Shown piece after piece: positions 41,096-52,541 of a DNA stretch of 64,000 nt. The notes beneath the pieces are model-generated. The model ran no database searches and was not told where the DNA came from. It saw only the letters and a list, made by a program, of their open reading frames with translations. Numbering within the stretch: position 1 is the stretch's first letter; every line of letters starts with the position of its first letter. A program made the translations under genes and the position numbers. Source of the stretch: Candidatus Bathyarchaeota archaeon (lineage in GTDB: Archaea > Thermoproteota > Bathyarchaeia > Bathyarchaeales > Bathycorpusculaceae); assembly GCA_963733095.1 (NCBI GenBank), contig CAVTBV010000012.1:59915-123914 (forward strand). The letters are read 5' to 3'.

Positions 41096-41238
41096 TACTC
41101 AATCATTCCCAACTTTTAAGTCCATCCAAATAGCAGAGCTCACACGCTTGTTGTTACAGGAACACACCAACAATGCCATTTATACTCCGTAAATAATTGT
41201 TAGATTGCGAGAAATAGCCATCCAAGAGGTACACCCAC

Positions 41239-41348
41239 ACTTGACGGGTCAGCCGTTAACCATGACGCGTATCGCCTTAGCCCCTAAAGAAGGATGAGGG
41301 GACTACTTTTGATATGCGTCTTGGGTTAACACGGGCGATCCGTCAAGT
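41239..41348 (+). ncRNA. Candidate structured RNA, 110-nt rod-like hairpin
   Basis: ACTTGACGGGTC/GATCCGTCAAGT, GTTAACC/GGTTAAC, GACGCGTATC/GATATGCGTC and CCCCT/AGGGG; G-U wobbles favour the + strand; TTTATA at 41179 upstream and a T5 run downstream. Confidence 0.45.
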
Positions 41349-41443
41349 CTACTTTTTGTTACGAGCGCACCAACATATTATAACCGGTTTCTATTATATA
41401 ATTTATTAAGGCTTAGATGCAATGCTACCTTTCGTGAGCCAAT

Positions 41444-41797
41444 TTGAGCTACAAAGAACGTATGCACCCTAAAGTCAGCAGGGCAGAAATCGAAGTTTTT
41501 AAAGCCTTAAGTGTGTCGGGGTTGACCAGCGGTATGGTGACACAGCAACCAATCATTTTAAAATCAACTATTCCTGATTTTTGCTGGATGGAAAAACGCA
41601 AAATCGTATACTTAGACGGCATACCTGTACATAAAAAAGATAAGGCAATAGAACGTGACGAGGAAATAACTGACCTGTTAATTGCCCAGGGCTGGGATGT
41701 ATTAAGGATTCCATACAATCCACCTTTGACGGATAAGGGATTACAAGAAATTATGGCAACTATAAAGCGGTTCCTAAACGTTGACGAAGAAGAATAA
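41444..41797 (+). CDS. DUF559/Vsr-like PD-(D/E)xK endonuclease
   Basis: S.AE, TIPDF, YLDG..VH, ERD.....LL..QGW.VLRI. Confidence 0.75.
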   Translation: MSYKERMHPKVSRAEIEVFKALSVSGLTSGMVTQQPIILKSTIPDFCWMEKRKIVYLDGIPVHKKDKAIERDEEITDLLIAQGWDVLRIPYNPPLTDKGLQEIMATIKRFLNVDEEE

Positions 41798-41929
41798 CGG
41801 TTTAGTGTTCATTTAAAATTGTTCCCCAATCCATCAAATGCAAGAGGGGGAAGGAATGAATAGTCTAAAAAAACGCGAGACAATGTCCTATACGAACTCT
41901 CAGTCATGGACACTGACCTTGATGAAGAA

Positions 41930-42211
41930 AACTGTTGTTCAAGATAAAGAGCATACCTTTTCTGATCGTAGGGAAAATCCAATTCTTGGATCGAACCGTT
42001 CTCCCCTTAGAATCTAAAGAGTCTTGTACACTGTAGCTAAACTTACTTGGGGGTTAGTCTTTCTGACTTCACTGCAGATTCTTTGCGCACTATGATGCTC
42101 TCTATTCAAAAGCGCAAATTTGTAGATTGCTATTCTTTTCGGAGTTACCTTGTATCCTTTGCTACGAAAAGTCTGAATTATCAACACAACTGATTTGTTC
42201 GGTTCTTGCAT
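41930..42211 (-). pseudogene. Fur/PerR-family regulator remnant
   Basis: GYKVTPKR.AI, HHSA..I, VSLATVYKTL then a stop; IQELDF...RY follows out of frame. Confidence 0.75.
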
Positions 42212-42300
42212 GCACTATATTAGGTAATAATAACTCTTTAATAATTTCATTCCCGTTATATGTAGTAAGGTCTCATGTGAAAGAGACAGGATGTAACATT

Positions 42301-44645
<2,345 letters not shown>

Positions 44646-44659
44646 TCGTAGCAAGAGCT

Positions 44660-44779
44660 AGCGATAACAATACAGCAAAAGTTGCTCACTTGGAACAAGA
44701 AGTCTGCGAGCTAATAGAAGCAGGCTACGAATACGTTTGCGAAATGGGTCATTTCAAGCTTTTCAGAAAACACAAATAA
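44660..44779 (+). pseudogene. C-terminal remnant of a Bathyarchaeia-type tyrosine integrase
   Basis: AKVAHLEQEVCELIEAGYEYVCEMGHFKLFRKHK* resembles the remembered KVA...E...LIE.GFEYV......LFRKRK integrase tail; 275 bp from the tRNA-derived att copy. Confidence 0.65.
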
Positions 44780-45053
44780 CCATCAGTTTCCAAAGACCGG
44801 AGATTCGCCCAAAAGCTGGGATTCATGCTGAAGAGCAGGGAAGGGGCTTTTGATTTGAAGTGCGATTCCCTACGCTGTTTACTGGTAATTGAAGCCGCTT
44901 GCAAGCAAGTAACCGCGGATTCCTAATTATCGATGAACTGATCGTCTTCCTGCTTTTACAACATTTCAAATGAAGCAATTGCTAATTTGAATGAAACTCA
45001 AACTATGTATATTTTAGATAAAATAAGCTCAAAAACAAGCCAAACTGGTAAAT

Positions 45054-45071
45054 TGGCGCCGGGAGGGGGAT
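45054..45071 (-). repeat. 18-bp duplicate of the tRNA-Ser 3' end (att site)
   Basis: TGGCGCCGGGAGGGGGAT is identical at 45054-45071 and 48015-48032. Confidence 0.88.
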
Positions 45072-45116
45072 CCAGCACCTTTTTACCAGTAAAAAACTAA
45101 CGCGCGCTCAGGCATA

Positions 45117-45620
45117 TTAATCTTTGAAAGTGTTGAAGCTAAACAATTCTTCAATTGGTTTCTTCTTTCTTGGTTTCGGCTGCTCAGCAGGATAACCTAG
45201 CGTTAATAGTGCTACGACTTTCCATTTGTCGGGGACTTTTAGGGATTCTTTGACTTTATTCTCGTCGAAGGCGCCTATCCAACAGGAGCCAACTCCGAGT
45301 GCCCAGGCGGCGATGACCATGTTTTGCATTGCGATTGTTGCGTCAACGACAGCCCATTTTCCAGTTAAGAGCGATTTTATGTCAGCGCATCCGACAACGA
45401 CTGCCGGAGCATCTTTGATAAAACCGTTGAAGGGTAAATTGGAGAATTTCTTCGCTAGTTCATGGTCTTTTACGACTATGAAATGAATTGGCTGTTTATT
45501 GACCGCAGAGGGCGCTTGTCTGCCAGCTTAAAGAATTTGTTTCATTACATCTTCGGGTAAATCTTTTGCTTCATAGCGTCTAATGCTTCTGCGGTTGAGA
45601 ATCAAATCAAGAACGGACAT
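45117..45620 (-). pseudogene. Nitroreductase family gene with a single in-frame TAA at codon 31
   Basis: MSVLDLILNRRSIRRY...QIL*AGRQAPSAVNKQP...DATIAMQNMVIAAWALGVGSCWIG. Confidence 0.88.
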
Positions 45621-45886
45621 AAAACCTCACATTTTCCTAAACTTTGCTTTTCCCTTTCAGTACAGCCTCTTAAAAACACTTCTGCGATGTGCTGAGAGTC
45701 TTCATTTACGGGCTTCAGTTGTTGCTGAGTTGCAACTTCATTGACTCACGATTATTGAATGAATTGAGCTAGCTTATGGAAAAAAACTCAGTTAGTACAT
45801 TGAGTTGAAATGCTTAAGAACGCAAAAGTATTTGAGAAACAGTTTTCGACTGTTTGTATTGCGCTTGCATTGGTTAGGCGGGATGT

Positions 45887-46774
45887 TTGTTTATGAGTGA
45901 GATGAAAGGGAAAATCTGTGTTGTAACGGGCAGCAACTCTGGAATTGGGAAAGAAACTGCCTTAAGCTTGGCGAAGATGGGTGCCAACGTTGTTATGGTT
46001 GTTCGCAATCAAGAGCGAGGCGAAAAAGCACGGTTGGAAATAGTAAAGCAAACCGGAAACAACACTATCGATTTAATGATCTGCGACTTGTCTTCTATGG
46101 ATTCAATCAGGCGATTCGCGCAGAAATTTAAGGGGAAATATAACAGACTCGATGTGCTGGTTAATAATGCTGGAGCGATGTTCAATAAACGCGAGGTTAC
46201 ACCAGAAGGCTTTGAACGAACGCTTGCCGTCAATTACTTGGGACCGTTTCTACTCACACATGAGATGCTGGATTTGCTTAAATCGAGCGCTCCTTCCAGA
46301 ATAATCAACGTAAGTTCAGGATTAGCCAAAAACGGCAAGGTAGACCTTGACGATCTCCAAAGCGAAAAGAACTACGCGGGAACAAAAGCTTATGCTCGAG
46401 TTCGGGCAACAGTTTACGCTAACACTAAACTGATGCTAATGATGTTTACGTATGAACTAGCAAGACGACTAAAAGATACCGGAGTCACTACAAATGTGCT
46501 CATGCCTGGTTTTGTCGCGACTAACCTTGGAAAAAACAGCGGCAGCCTAAGTTCGTCCATTATGTTCAAAATGGTTCGTCCAATGCAGGTGAGCGCTAAG
46601 AAAGGGGCAGAAACATCAGTTTACTTGGCTTCATCTGATGAAGTTAAGGATGTTTCTGGAAAATGCTTTGCAAAGAAAAAAGAAGCCACTACATGTCCAG
46701 CGTCTTATGATGAGCCAATCCAGAAGCGATTGTGGAATGAGACGGTTGCCTTGCTTAATTTGCCCCCAACATGA
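45887..46774 (+). CDS. Short-chain dehydrogenase/reductase (retinol-DH-like)
   Basis: TGSNSGIG, LVNNAG, NVSS, YANTK, PGFVATNL. Confidence 0.92.
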   Translation: MFMSEMKGKICVVTGSNSGIGKETALSLAKMGANVVMVVRNQERGEKARLEIVKQTGNNTIDLMICDLSSMDSIRRFAQKFKGKYNRLDVLVNNAGAMFNKREVTPEGFERTLAVNYLGPFLLTHEMLDLLKSSAPSRIINVSSGLAKNGKVDLDDLQSEKNYAGTKAYARVRATVYANTKLMLMMFTYELARRLKDTGVTTNVLMPGFVATNLGKNSGSLSSSIMFKMVRPMQVSAKKGAETSVYLASSDEVKDVSGKCFAKKKEATTCPASYDEPIQKRLWNETVALLNLPPT

Positions 46775-46791
46775 CTTGGAAGTTTTTTATT

Positions 46792-47090
46792 TCAAAGTAA
46801 TGTAAGAGTTTGCCGTGGGCTGTATCCCATTATCTTCAACGATAGGCCCATGTACTCTATTTTTTCGGGATCAACTTCTACCAGCTCTACCGTCTTGGGA
46901 AACTCCTTCATGTCTAACTGCTTTGCAGTTTTTTTCCATTGGTATGATTCTAAGCCTTCTTTCAGGCTATCAGGGTCCTGTCTGGAGATTATTTTCGCTC
47001 TTCCATTTATTTGGGCGCGCGTGCTTCTAGCACCAATTTACTAGTAAAAAGATGTTGATTGTAGGATTTTGGCAAGTACGCTGAGTTGGA
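46792..47090 (-). pseudogene. Pyridoxamine 5'-phosphate oxidase-like (FMN-binding) remnant
   Basis: Manual translation RAQINGRAKI...EGLESYQW...VDPEKIEY...LKIMGY; 5' part disrupted. Confidence 0.45.
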
Positions 47091-47159
47091 GAGCTGAAGG
47101 TTGAAGCACACAATAATGCGGTAAGGCTTAATTAGTGGATAAAAGTGAGACATATTTAT

Positions 47160-47179
47160 ATGTAATAATTATATTACAT
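47160..47179. promoter_or_regulatory. 8-4-8 palindromic operator directly downstream of TATA
   Basis: ATGTAATA-ATTA-TATTACAT abutting TTTATA (47155-47160), 20 bp before the ArsR start. Confidence 0.65.
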
Positions 47180-47198
47180 GTAATCGTGGAAAATATGC

Positions 47199-47507
47199 AT
47201 GTCAAAAATGGAACAACTATCAACGAAGCTAAAGGCATTATCTCATCCAATGGCATTGAAGATAGCAACCCTGCTAGCTAAGGAAGACGAAGATATGTAT
47301 CTAAATCAAATTGCAAAAAGGTTAGGAATCAACAGAGCGCTAGCAAAAATACACCTAAAAAAACTAGAACGAGGCGGAATCGTCAAAAGCAGAGTAGTTC
47401 TGGTTGAAGGCGAAGCACTAGCCCTCAGATACTACAAACTTCAAGACTTTGACGTTCATGTCTCTCCTGAAGTACTAAAGAAGGAGGGGGAAACATATGA
47501 AAAGTAA
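47199..47507 (+). CDS. ArsR/SmtB-like HTH regulator
   Basis: LKALSHP..LKI..LL, YLNQIA..LGI.RALAKIHLKKLE..GIV.S. Confidence 0.85.
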   Translation: MSKMEQLSTKLKALSHPMALKIATLLAKEDEDMYLNQIAKRLGINRALAKIHLKKLERGGIVKSRVVLVEGEALALRYYKLQDFDVHVSPEVLKKEGETYEK

Positions 47508-47787
47508 AAACCTTATAATTCTAAGTGTCTGGTCAGCGGTAACAATAATTTTTGCCTTACTTATAACTCTTGGAGCAGGCTACAGTGATAACCCTACACA
47601 ATGGCTAATATGGATGTTTGATGATTGGTGGATTGTATTTCTGGTGACATTGATTTTTACCGGTATCGTCAGTTACTTCGTCAAGGAACCAGAAGTTAAC
47701 ATGCAAAGCAATCTACAAAATATAGGAGCAAAATTGGATTCACTCTCCAAAGAAGCAGCAGAAATAAAGAAAGCAATTGAAGATTAG
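47497..47787 (+). CDS. Small membrane protein with C-terminal coiled coil
   Basis: 2 TM helices and an I.AKLDSLSKE..EIKKAIED heptad; overlaps the ArsR stop. Confidence 0.65.
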   Translation: MKSKNLIILSVWSAVTIIFALLITLGAGYSDNPTQWLIWMFDDWWIVFLVTLIFTGIVSYFVKEPEVNMQSNLQNIGAKLDSLSKEAAEIKKAIED

Positions 47788-48014
47788 GCAATAAATGTGT
47801 CCCAACCCCCTTTTTTCATTTTTGACTCATTAACTCGCATATAACCAATGCAGGTGCGATACAATGTGGGTTCAAAACGTGGGTTTTATCCTAAGAAGGT
47901 TCACTTTCGCCTATTTTTACCAGTAAAAATCTTTTGCATAATTTTAGAAAAATCGACAAGTAACCCATAATTACGCCTATTTAGGCAAAATAACCTCAAC
48001 TGCAGCCTTAAAAA

Positions 48015-48126
48015 TGGCGCCGGGAGGGGGATTTGAACCCCCGTGGCCCCGAGAGGCCACAAGCTAATTGGTACCCTTATAGAGGTATCTCCAGGCTTGC
48101 TCCCTGCCTGGCTAGGAGACCCCGGC
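48015..48126 (-). tRNA. tRNA-Ser(GGA) with a 23-nt intron at 37/38 (48066-48088), CCA encoded
   Basis: GCCGGGG/TCCCGGC acceptor stem, long variable arm, GGGGG-TTCAAAT-CCCCC T arm, BHB-like intron. Confidence 0.93.
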
Positions 48127-48353
48127 AAACAAAACCAATCAACAATTCACATATTGGTTTGCACCTTTTCTCTGAGTTTAGCCCAATTTAAAGTTTTATC
48201 GTAAAACCACTCTTTACACAGAATCGACCCAAAATCTGATGATACGACCAAAAATTTTAGTTTCTGCTAACGTACTTAGCAATTATTTATTTTCAGTAAA
48301 TACAAAACAAATTAATGGAGTAAAAATATTATTCAAGTCAGCGAGAGCACGAA

Positions 48354-49022
48354 ATGAGTAAGAAGAAATTAATGTTACTGGCTATTGGAGTAGCTATTCT
48401 GATTGTATCTTTAGCAGTGGCGTCACTGTCCATGTTGCCTGTTGGAAGCAAGGACGAAAAAATTCGTGTTGCCTGCGTTGGCGACAGCATTACAGGAGGA
48501 ACCGACTATCCATCGGACCTTTGGATGCTGCTTGGCGAAAACTACACCGTCGGCAACTTTGGCGTACCCGGGTCCACGGCATCTGTTGACTCAGAAAACC
48601 CCTACATGAACAACACCGAATTCCAAAACGCCAAAAACTTCGAGCCCAACATCGTAATCATTATGCTGGGAACAAACGACGCTAATTCACAAATTAATCC
48701 AACCCAAAAAATCGCCGTAGACGACTACGTGAAATTGGTCAAGGCATTCCAATCGCTTCCAAGTAAACCTCAGATTTACCTTGTGAAGCCGCCTCCAGTT
48801 TTCTGCAACGGAACAATTCCCAGCGCCGAATATTTCAGTGACCATGTGATACCCACCATCGAACAGGCGGCAAAACAGACTAACGTGCCAATCATAGATG
48901 TGTATTCTGCTATGGCTGACAAATCTGCTTTTTTCCCCGACGGAGTCCACCCCAATGGTCAAGGAGCTAACTTAATCGCTTACGAAATATACAAGGCAAT
49001 AACCAGTCAAAACATATCTTAG
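48354..49022 (+). CDS. Membrane-anchored SGNH/GDSL hydrolase
   Basis: N-terminal TM helix; block I GDSIT, block III GTND, block V DGVHP. Confidence 0.92.
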   Translation: MSKKKLMLLAIGVAILIVSLAVASLSMLPVGSKDEKIRVACVGDSITGGTDYPSDLWMLLGENYTVGNFGVPGSTASVDSENPYMNNTEFQNAKNFEPNIVIIMLGTNDANSQINPTQKIAVDDYVKLVKAFQSLPSKPQIYLVKPPPVFCNGTIPSAEYFSDHVIPTIEQAAKQTNVPIIDVYSAMADKSAFFPDGVHPNGQGANLIAYEIYKAITSQNIS

Positions 49023-49144
49023 CAGGGGTTTGCGCTGTTTTAGCGGTTCTGTCCCCAGCAGAGCAACCGCTTTTTTCCGTGCTATAAGTCAAATCTTATT
49101 AGCCTAAAACACCCAAAGAACGGTATTAGCAAGGTGGAGCAAGC

Positions 49145-50209
49145 CTGATTCAAGAACGAATACGCCCCATTCCTGTTGACCTGATCCGAACATTAGCAAT
49201 CATAGGCGTCATTACACTTCACGCTGCAAACGAGGCAATAGTCCCCCAAGCTATGACCCAGACCGAAGTTTATCGCTGGTGGATGGTTAATACCTACCAG
49301 ACTCTGGGGCGAACAGGAGTTCCGCTGTTTGTAATGTTGACGGGCGCACTCTTGCTTCAACCCTCCAAGGTTGAGCCAATAAAAGACTTTTTTAAGAAAC
49401 GATGGGCAAGAATTGGTTTGCCGTTTCTGTTTTGGGGCGCCATCTACTTCGCATGGGACTATTACGCTGACCACCTCGCCCTAACGTCAAACTTTATCTT
49501 TCAAGGTATACTGACGGGTCCTTACTTTCAATTCTGGTACCTCTACATGCTTGCCGGCTTATACCTGCTAACTCCAATCCTGCGATTAGTGGTGGCTCAT
49601 GCTCCCCCTGAGATTTTCAAGTATTTCTTTGCAGTGTGGCTTTTAGGAGCCTTCATTATTCCAATTCCAGGCATTATCGGACCGTTCTACCTAGATGGAA
49701 ACCTTCTGACGCTTCCCCTGTGGGCTGGATACTTCGTGTTAGGCGTATTCCTTATGTCTGTAAAGATTCGCCGACGGGTGTTGGCGGGTCTTGTGGCGCT
49801 TGGGTTAATCTTAACCTTGGTCGGAACCTACGCTATAGCCGCCACCGTCGGAGGACCGCACACCTACTACTTCCAAGACTACTTTAGCCCAACAATAATT
49901 TTAGCTTCAGCCGCCCTGTTTCTGCTCTTAAACACCCTAAAAGTTCCCAAAACTCAAGCAGAAGCACCGCACCCAAAAGTCAACTGGCTCATCAGACAAA
50001 TCAGCCAGAGCACCCTTGCAATTTTCCTGTTCCACGTAATTGTCCTTGAAACCCTCCAGCGGGGCTATCTGTGGGGCTTCACAATTAGCGGCAACAACCT
50101 AAACTCCATCATCGAAATTCCTCTGGTAAGTGTGGTTACTCTGTTTATTTGCCTTGGAATAATTCTGCCCCTCAGGAAGGTACCCATCATAAAGAACCTA
50201 ATTGGCTAA
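49145..50209 (+). CDS. Acyltransferase-3 (OafA/YiaH-like) membrane O-acyltransferase, apparent CTG start
   Basis: In-frame upstream extension DLIRTLAIIGVITLH (AT3 motif), GVPLFVMLTGALLL, KRWARI, FWYLY; SD GGTGG before CTG. Confidence 0.87.
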   Translation: MIQERIRPIPVDLIRTLAIIGVITLHAANEAIVPQAMTQTEVYRWWMVNTYQTLGRTGVPLFVMLTGALLLQPSKVEPIKDFFKKRWARIGLPFLFWGAIYFAWDYYADHLALTSNFIFQGILTGPYFQFWYLYMLAGLYLLTPILRLVVAHAPPEIFKYFFAVWLLGAFIIPIPGIIGPFYLDGNLLTLPLWAGYFVLGVFLMSVKIRRRVLAGLVALGLILTLVGTYAIAATVGGPHTYYFQDYFSPTIILASAALFLLLNTLKVPKTQAEAPHPKVNWLIRQISQSTLAIFLFHVIVLETLQRGYLWGFTISGNNLNSIIEIPLVSVVTLFICLGIILPLRKVPIIKNLIG

Positions 50210-50276
50210 TCCTTTAGGAGTTTCTGCGGTTCATTAGAGAAATACTACTTCGATGGCATTATCAAAAAATGAAAAC

Positions 50277-52061
50277 TTAGACTCCCGCCCAGAACAGTGT
50301 TTTCTTTCGCATAAAGGAAATGAATTCTTTGAGGAGTTCTTGCTCTTCGCTATTGAGGTCATCCATGTGGGCTGTCAACAGTTTTTTCGCGTCTGCTTCA
50401 GGAACCTTCACGTACAAAACGTCACGTTCAAACACGTGCCGTCCCGCTGTGGGTTTATCCATAGAAATCGCCACCTGCATGCCTGCTTTAGCTTCGCCGA
50501 TTGCTTTGCCCTTATCCTGAATCTGGTCCACTTCACCCAAATCTGAACTGTCTTCTACCCGCATAAGCGAAACTTTGGGTTTTATTCTGCCACTCAAGAT
50601 TTCAACGCCGAGCACCACTGGTTTGGCACGTCGGAAAATGCAGTTGGGCAACACCGTAAGCTTTCCGGGTTTAACTAGCGCCTCAAACTCTTCTTCGCTC
50701 TTGGCTTCGCGTTTGTTCTTTGCCCATTCCAGGTAGTTGTCTATTAGGTTGTAGATGATTGGGTCTTTGAAGATTTTAACGCCGTTTGCTTCCGCTTCGA
50801 TTTCAGCATCGGGCAATACTTTAACGCCGAAGGCGAGGATTGCGCCAACTAAAGGCTGGTGAGCCTTCACCACGGAAGCCTCAATCACGTCGCGTTTGCT
50901 GATGTCGCCGATGTCAGCGATTCGAACTTGGATGTTGTTGGCTTTTAAAATCTCAGCCATGGCTTCAAGGGAGCCTAAAGTGTCAGCTTTTACTATGACG
51001 CCGTCGATTTCCTTGGTAATTCTAATTCTGCCGATTTCTTCCGTGATGAGCTTACAGTACTTGGCAACGTCTTCGCCCTCAGGCACAGCAAACAACGGTG
51101 CACCCGCCAACGCACCCTCCAAATCTGGCGCAACAATCTTTACACCTGCACTAGCATAAACACACTCAACGCTTGTGAATTTGTCGCGTGGGTCACGCAT
51201 CTCATCGAGCGGTTTAGGAACCAGAATCGTTCGTACACGCGCCGAGATGGGTCCGTTCTTGCCGCCGACAACTATCAAGTCGTCCTTGTGCAGGGTTCCA
51301 TCGTAAACAATAGCGTTGAGCGTTAACCCTAAACCCGGTTCCTCTTTAACTTCTAAGATGGAGCCTTTTGCGGCGCCGTCCGTTGTTTGCAATCGTTTTT
51401 TGAGGAACTGCTGAGTTAACCCCACTAGAACCATAACTAATTCGGATAAGCCTTCGCCTGTTTTGGCGCTGGTCGGCACCAAAGCAATGTTGATGGTGAA
51501 GTCGCGAATATGGTCGAATCTGTCAGTTTTGAATCCTAAACGACTAAAATCCCCCATGACCGCGTATAAGCGGTTGTCTAGCTCTTCGCGAACAAAGCTC
51601 GATTGTTCAGCATACGATTTTAGGAAGGGCGCACCTTGCTGTGCTTTCCAGCCAGGAAGGCGATCAATCTTGTTAACTGCAACGATGAAAGGGGTTTTGC
51701 GTGCCTTAAGAATCTCGATACACTCGAAGGTTTGGGCTTCAAAACCACGCAATGCATCAACCACCAGAATAGCAATGTCTGCAACGCTGCCGCCCCGGCG
51801 CCGAAGGTTCGTAAACGCTTCATGCCCAGGCGTATCCACGATTAGTAAACCAGGAATTTCGATGCCTGTTTTAAAGTTGCCCATGTAGGGGCCGATGAGT
51901 TGTTTTAGGGTTTCCACAGGGAAAAAGCTCGCGCCGATGTGCTGAGTCATTCCACCCGCTTCGCGAACTTGCACGTTAGTTTTGCGTAATTCGTCAAGTA
52001 CCGAGGTTTTGCCTGAATCTACGTGTCCAAGAACACAGACTATTGGTTGGCGCGTGGGCAT
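50277..52061 (-). CDS. infB: Translation initiation factor aIF5B (IF2)
   Basis: LGHVDSGKT, REAGGMTQHIGA, DTPGHEAF, NKID, KADTLGSLEA. Confidence 0.97.
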   Translation of the reverse strand: MPTRQPIVCVLGHVDSGKTSVLDELRKTNVQVREAGGMTQHIGASFFPVETLKQLIGPYMGNFKTGIEIPGLLIVDTPGHEAFTNLRRRGGSVADIAILVVDALRGFEAQTFECIEILKARKTPFIVAVNKIDRLPGWKAQQGAPFLKSYAEQSSFVREELDNRLYAVMGDFSRLGFKTDRFDHIRDFTINIALVPTSAKTGEGLSELVMVLVGLTQQFLKKRLQTTDGAAKGSILEVKEEPGLGLTLNAIVYDGTLHKDDLIVVGGKNGPISARVRTILVPKPLDEMRDPRDKFTSVECVYASAGVKIVAPDLEGALAGAPLFAVPEGEDVAKYCKLITEEIGRIRITKEIDGVIVKADTLGSLEAMAEILKANNIQVRIADIGDISKRDVIEASVVKAHQPLVGAILAFGVKVLPDAEIEAEANGVKIFKDPIIYNLIDNYLEWAKNKREAKSEEEFEALVKPGKLTVLPNCIFRRAKPVVLGVEILSGRIKPKVSLMRVEDSSDLGEVDQIQDKGKAIGEAKAGMQVAISMDKPTAGRHVFERDVLYVKVPEADAKKLLTAHMDDLNSEEQELLKEFISFMRKKTLFWAGV

Positions 52062-52541
52062 CTGTTTTTTTCTCCTTAAATAATTTTGATGATTGGATGA
52101 TTGTTATGGCTGTTGATTAATGAATACTCATTTATCAAGGTGTTCGTTTAAGTTTTGGTTTAATTAAAGCCAAAAAAGCGACTTAATTCGAGCACAATAT
52201 CTTAAATGCGAATGGGACTAAAAAAGTTTGCAAGTGCCAAACCAATACCTTTGATTACTATTTTTAGGGTGGGATTGAACCTTACACTGAGTGAACATAT
52301 CACCCGCATTCCTCTTGCGACTCCGTAGAACTATATAGATACTTGATCGATAGCTTTACAATAAATACAACTTGCATTGGAGTTTAGTTTTGGAGATATA
52401 AAGTGTTAGGAAGGTTACTGATTTCCGCATGATGGCTTGGTTCTGATTCGAGCTAGTAAACAGAAGAGAAATTGAAAAAATATGATATGAAAGATTTTAT
52501 ATATCGAAGACCAGGTTCTATTCAACCGGAGTTTTAGCTGT

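Larger units (their letters stand above)
45054..48032. mobile_element. ~3-kb integrase-less island integrated at tRNA-Ser(GGA)
   Basis: Bounded by the 18-bp direct repeat; the identical 16-mer TTTTTACCAGTAAAAA lies inside both ends; cargo is stress genes and pseudogenes. Confidence 0.75.

Noticed and set aside
41239-41348. Assigning the hairpin to SRP RNA, RNase P RNA or an H/ACA guide
   Set aside because: Lacks the SRP helix-8 motif, the RNase P GAGGAAAGUCC motif and a 3' ACA box
52267-52281. GGGTGGGATTGAACC resembling the reverse complement of a tRNA T arm
   Set aside because: No cloverleaf, imperfect loop and no matching tRNA in the window
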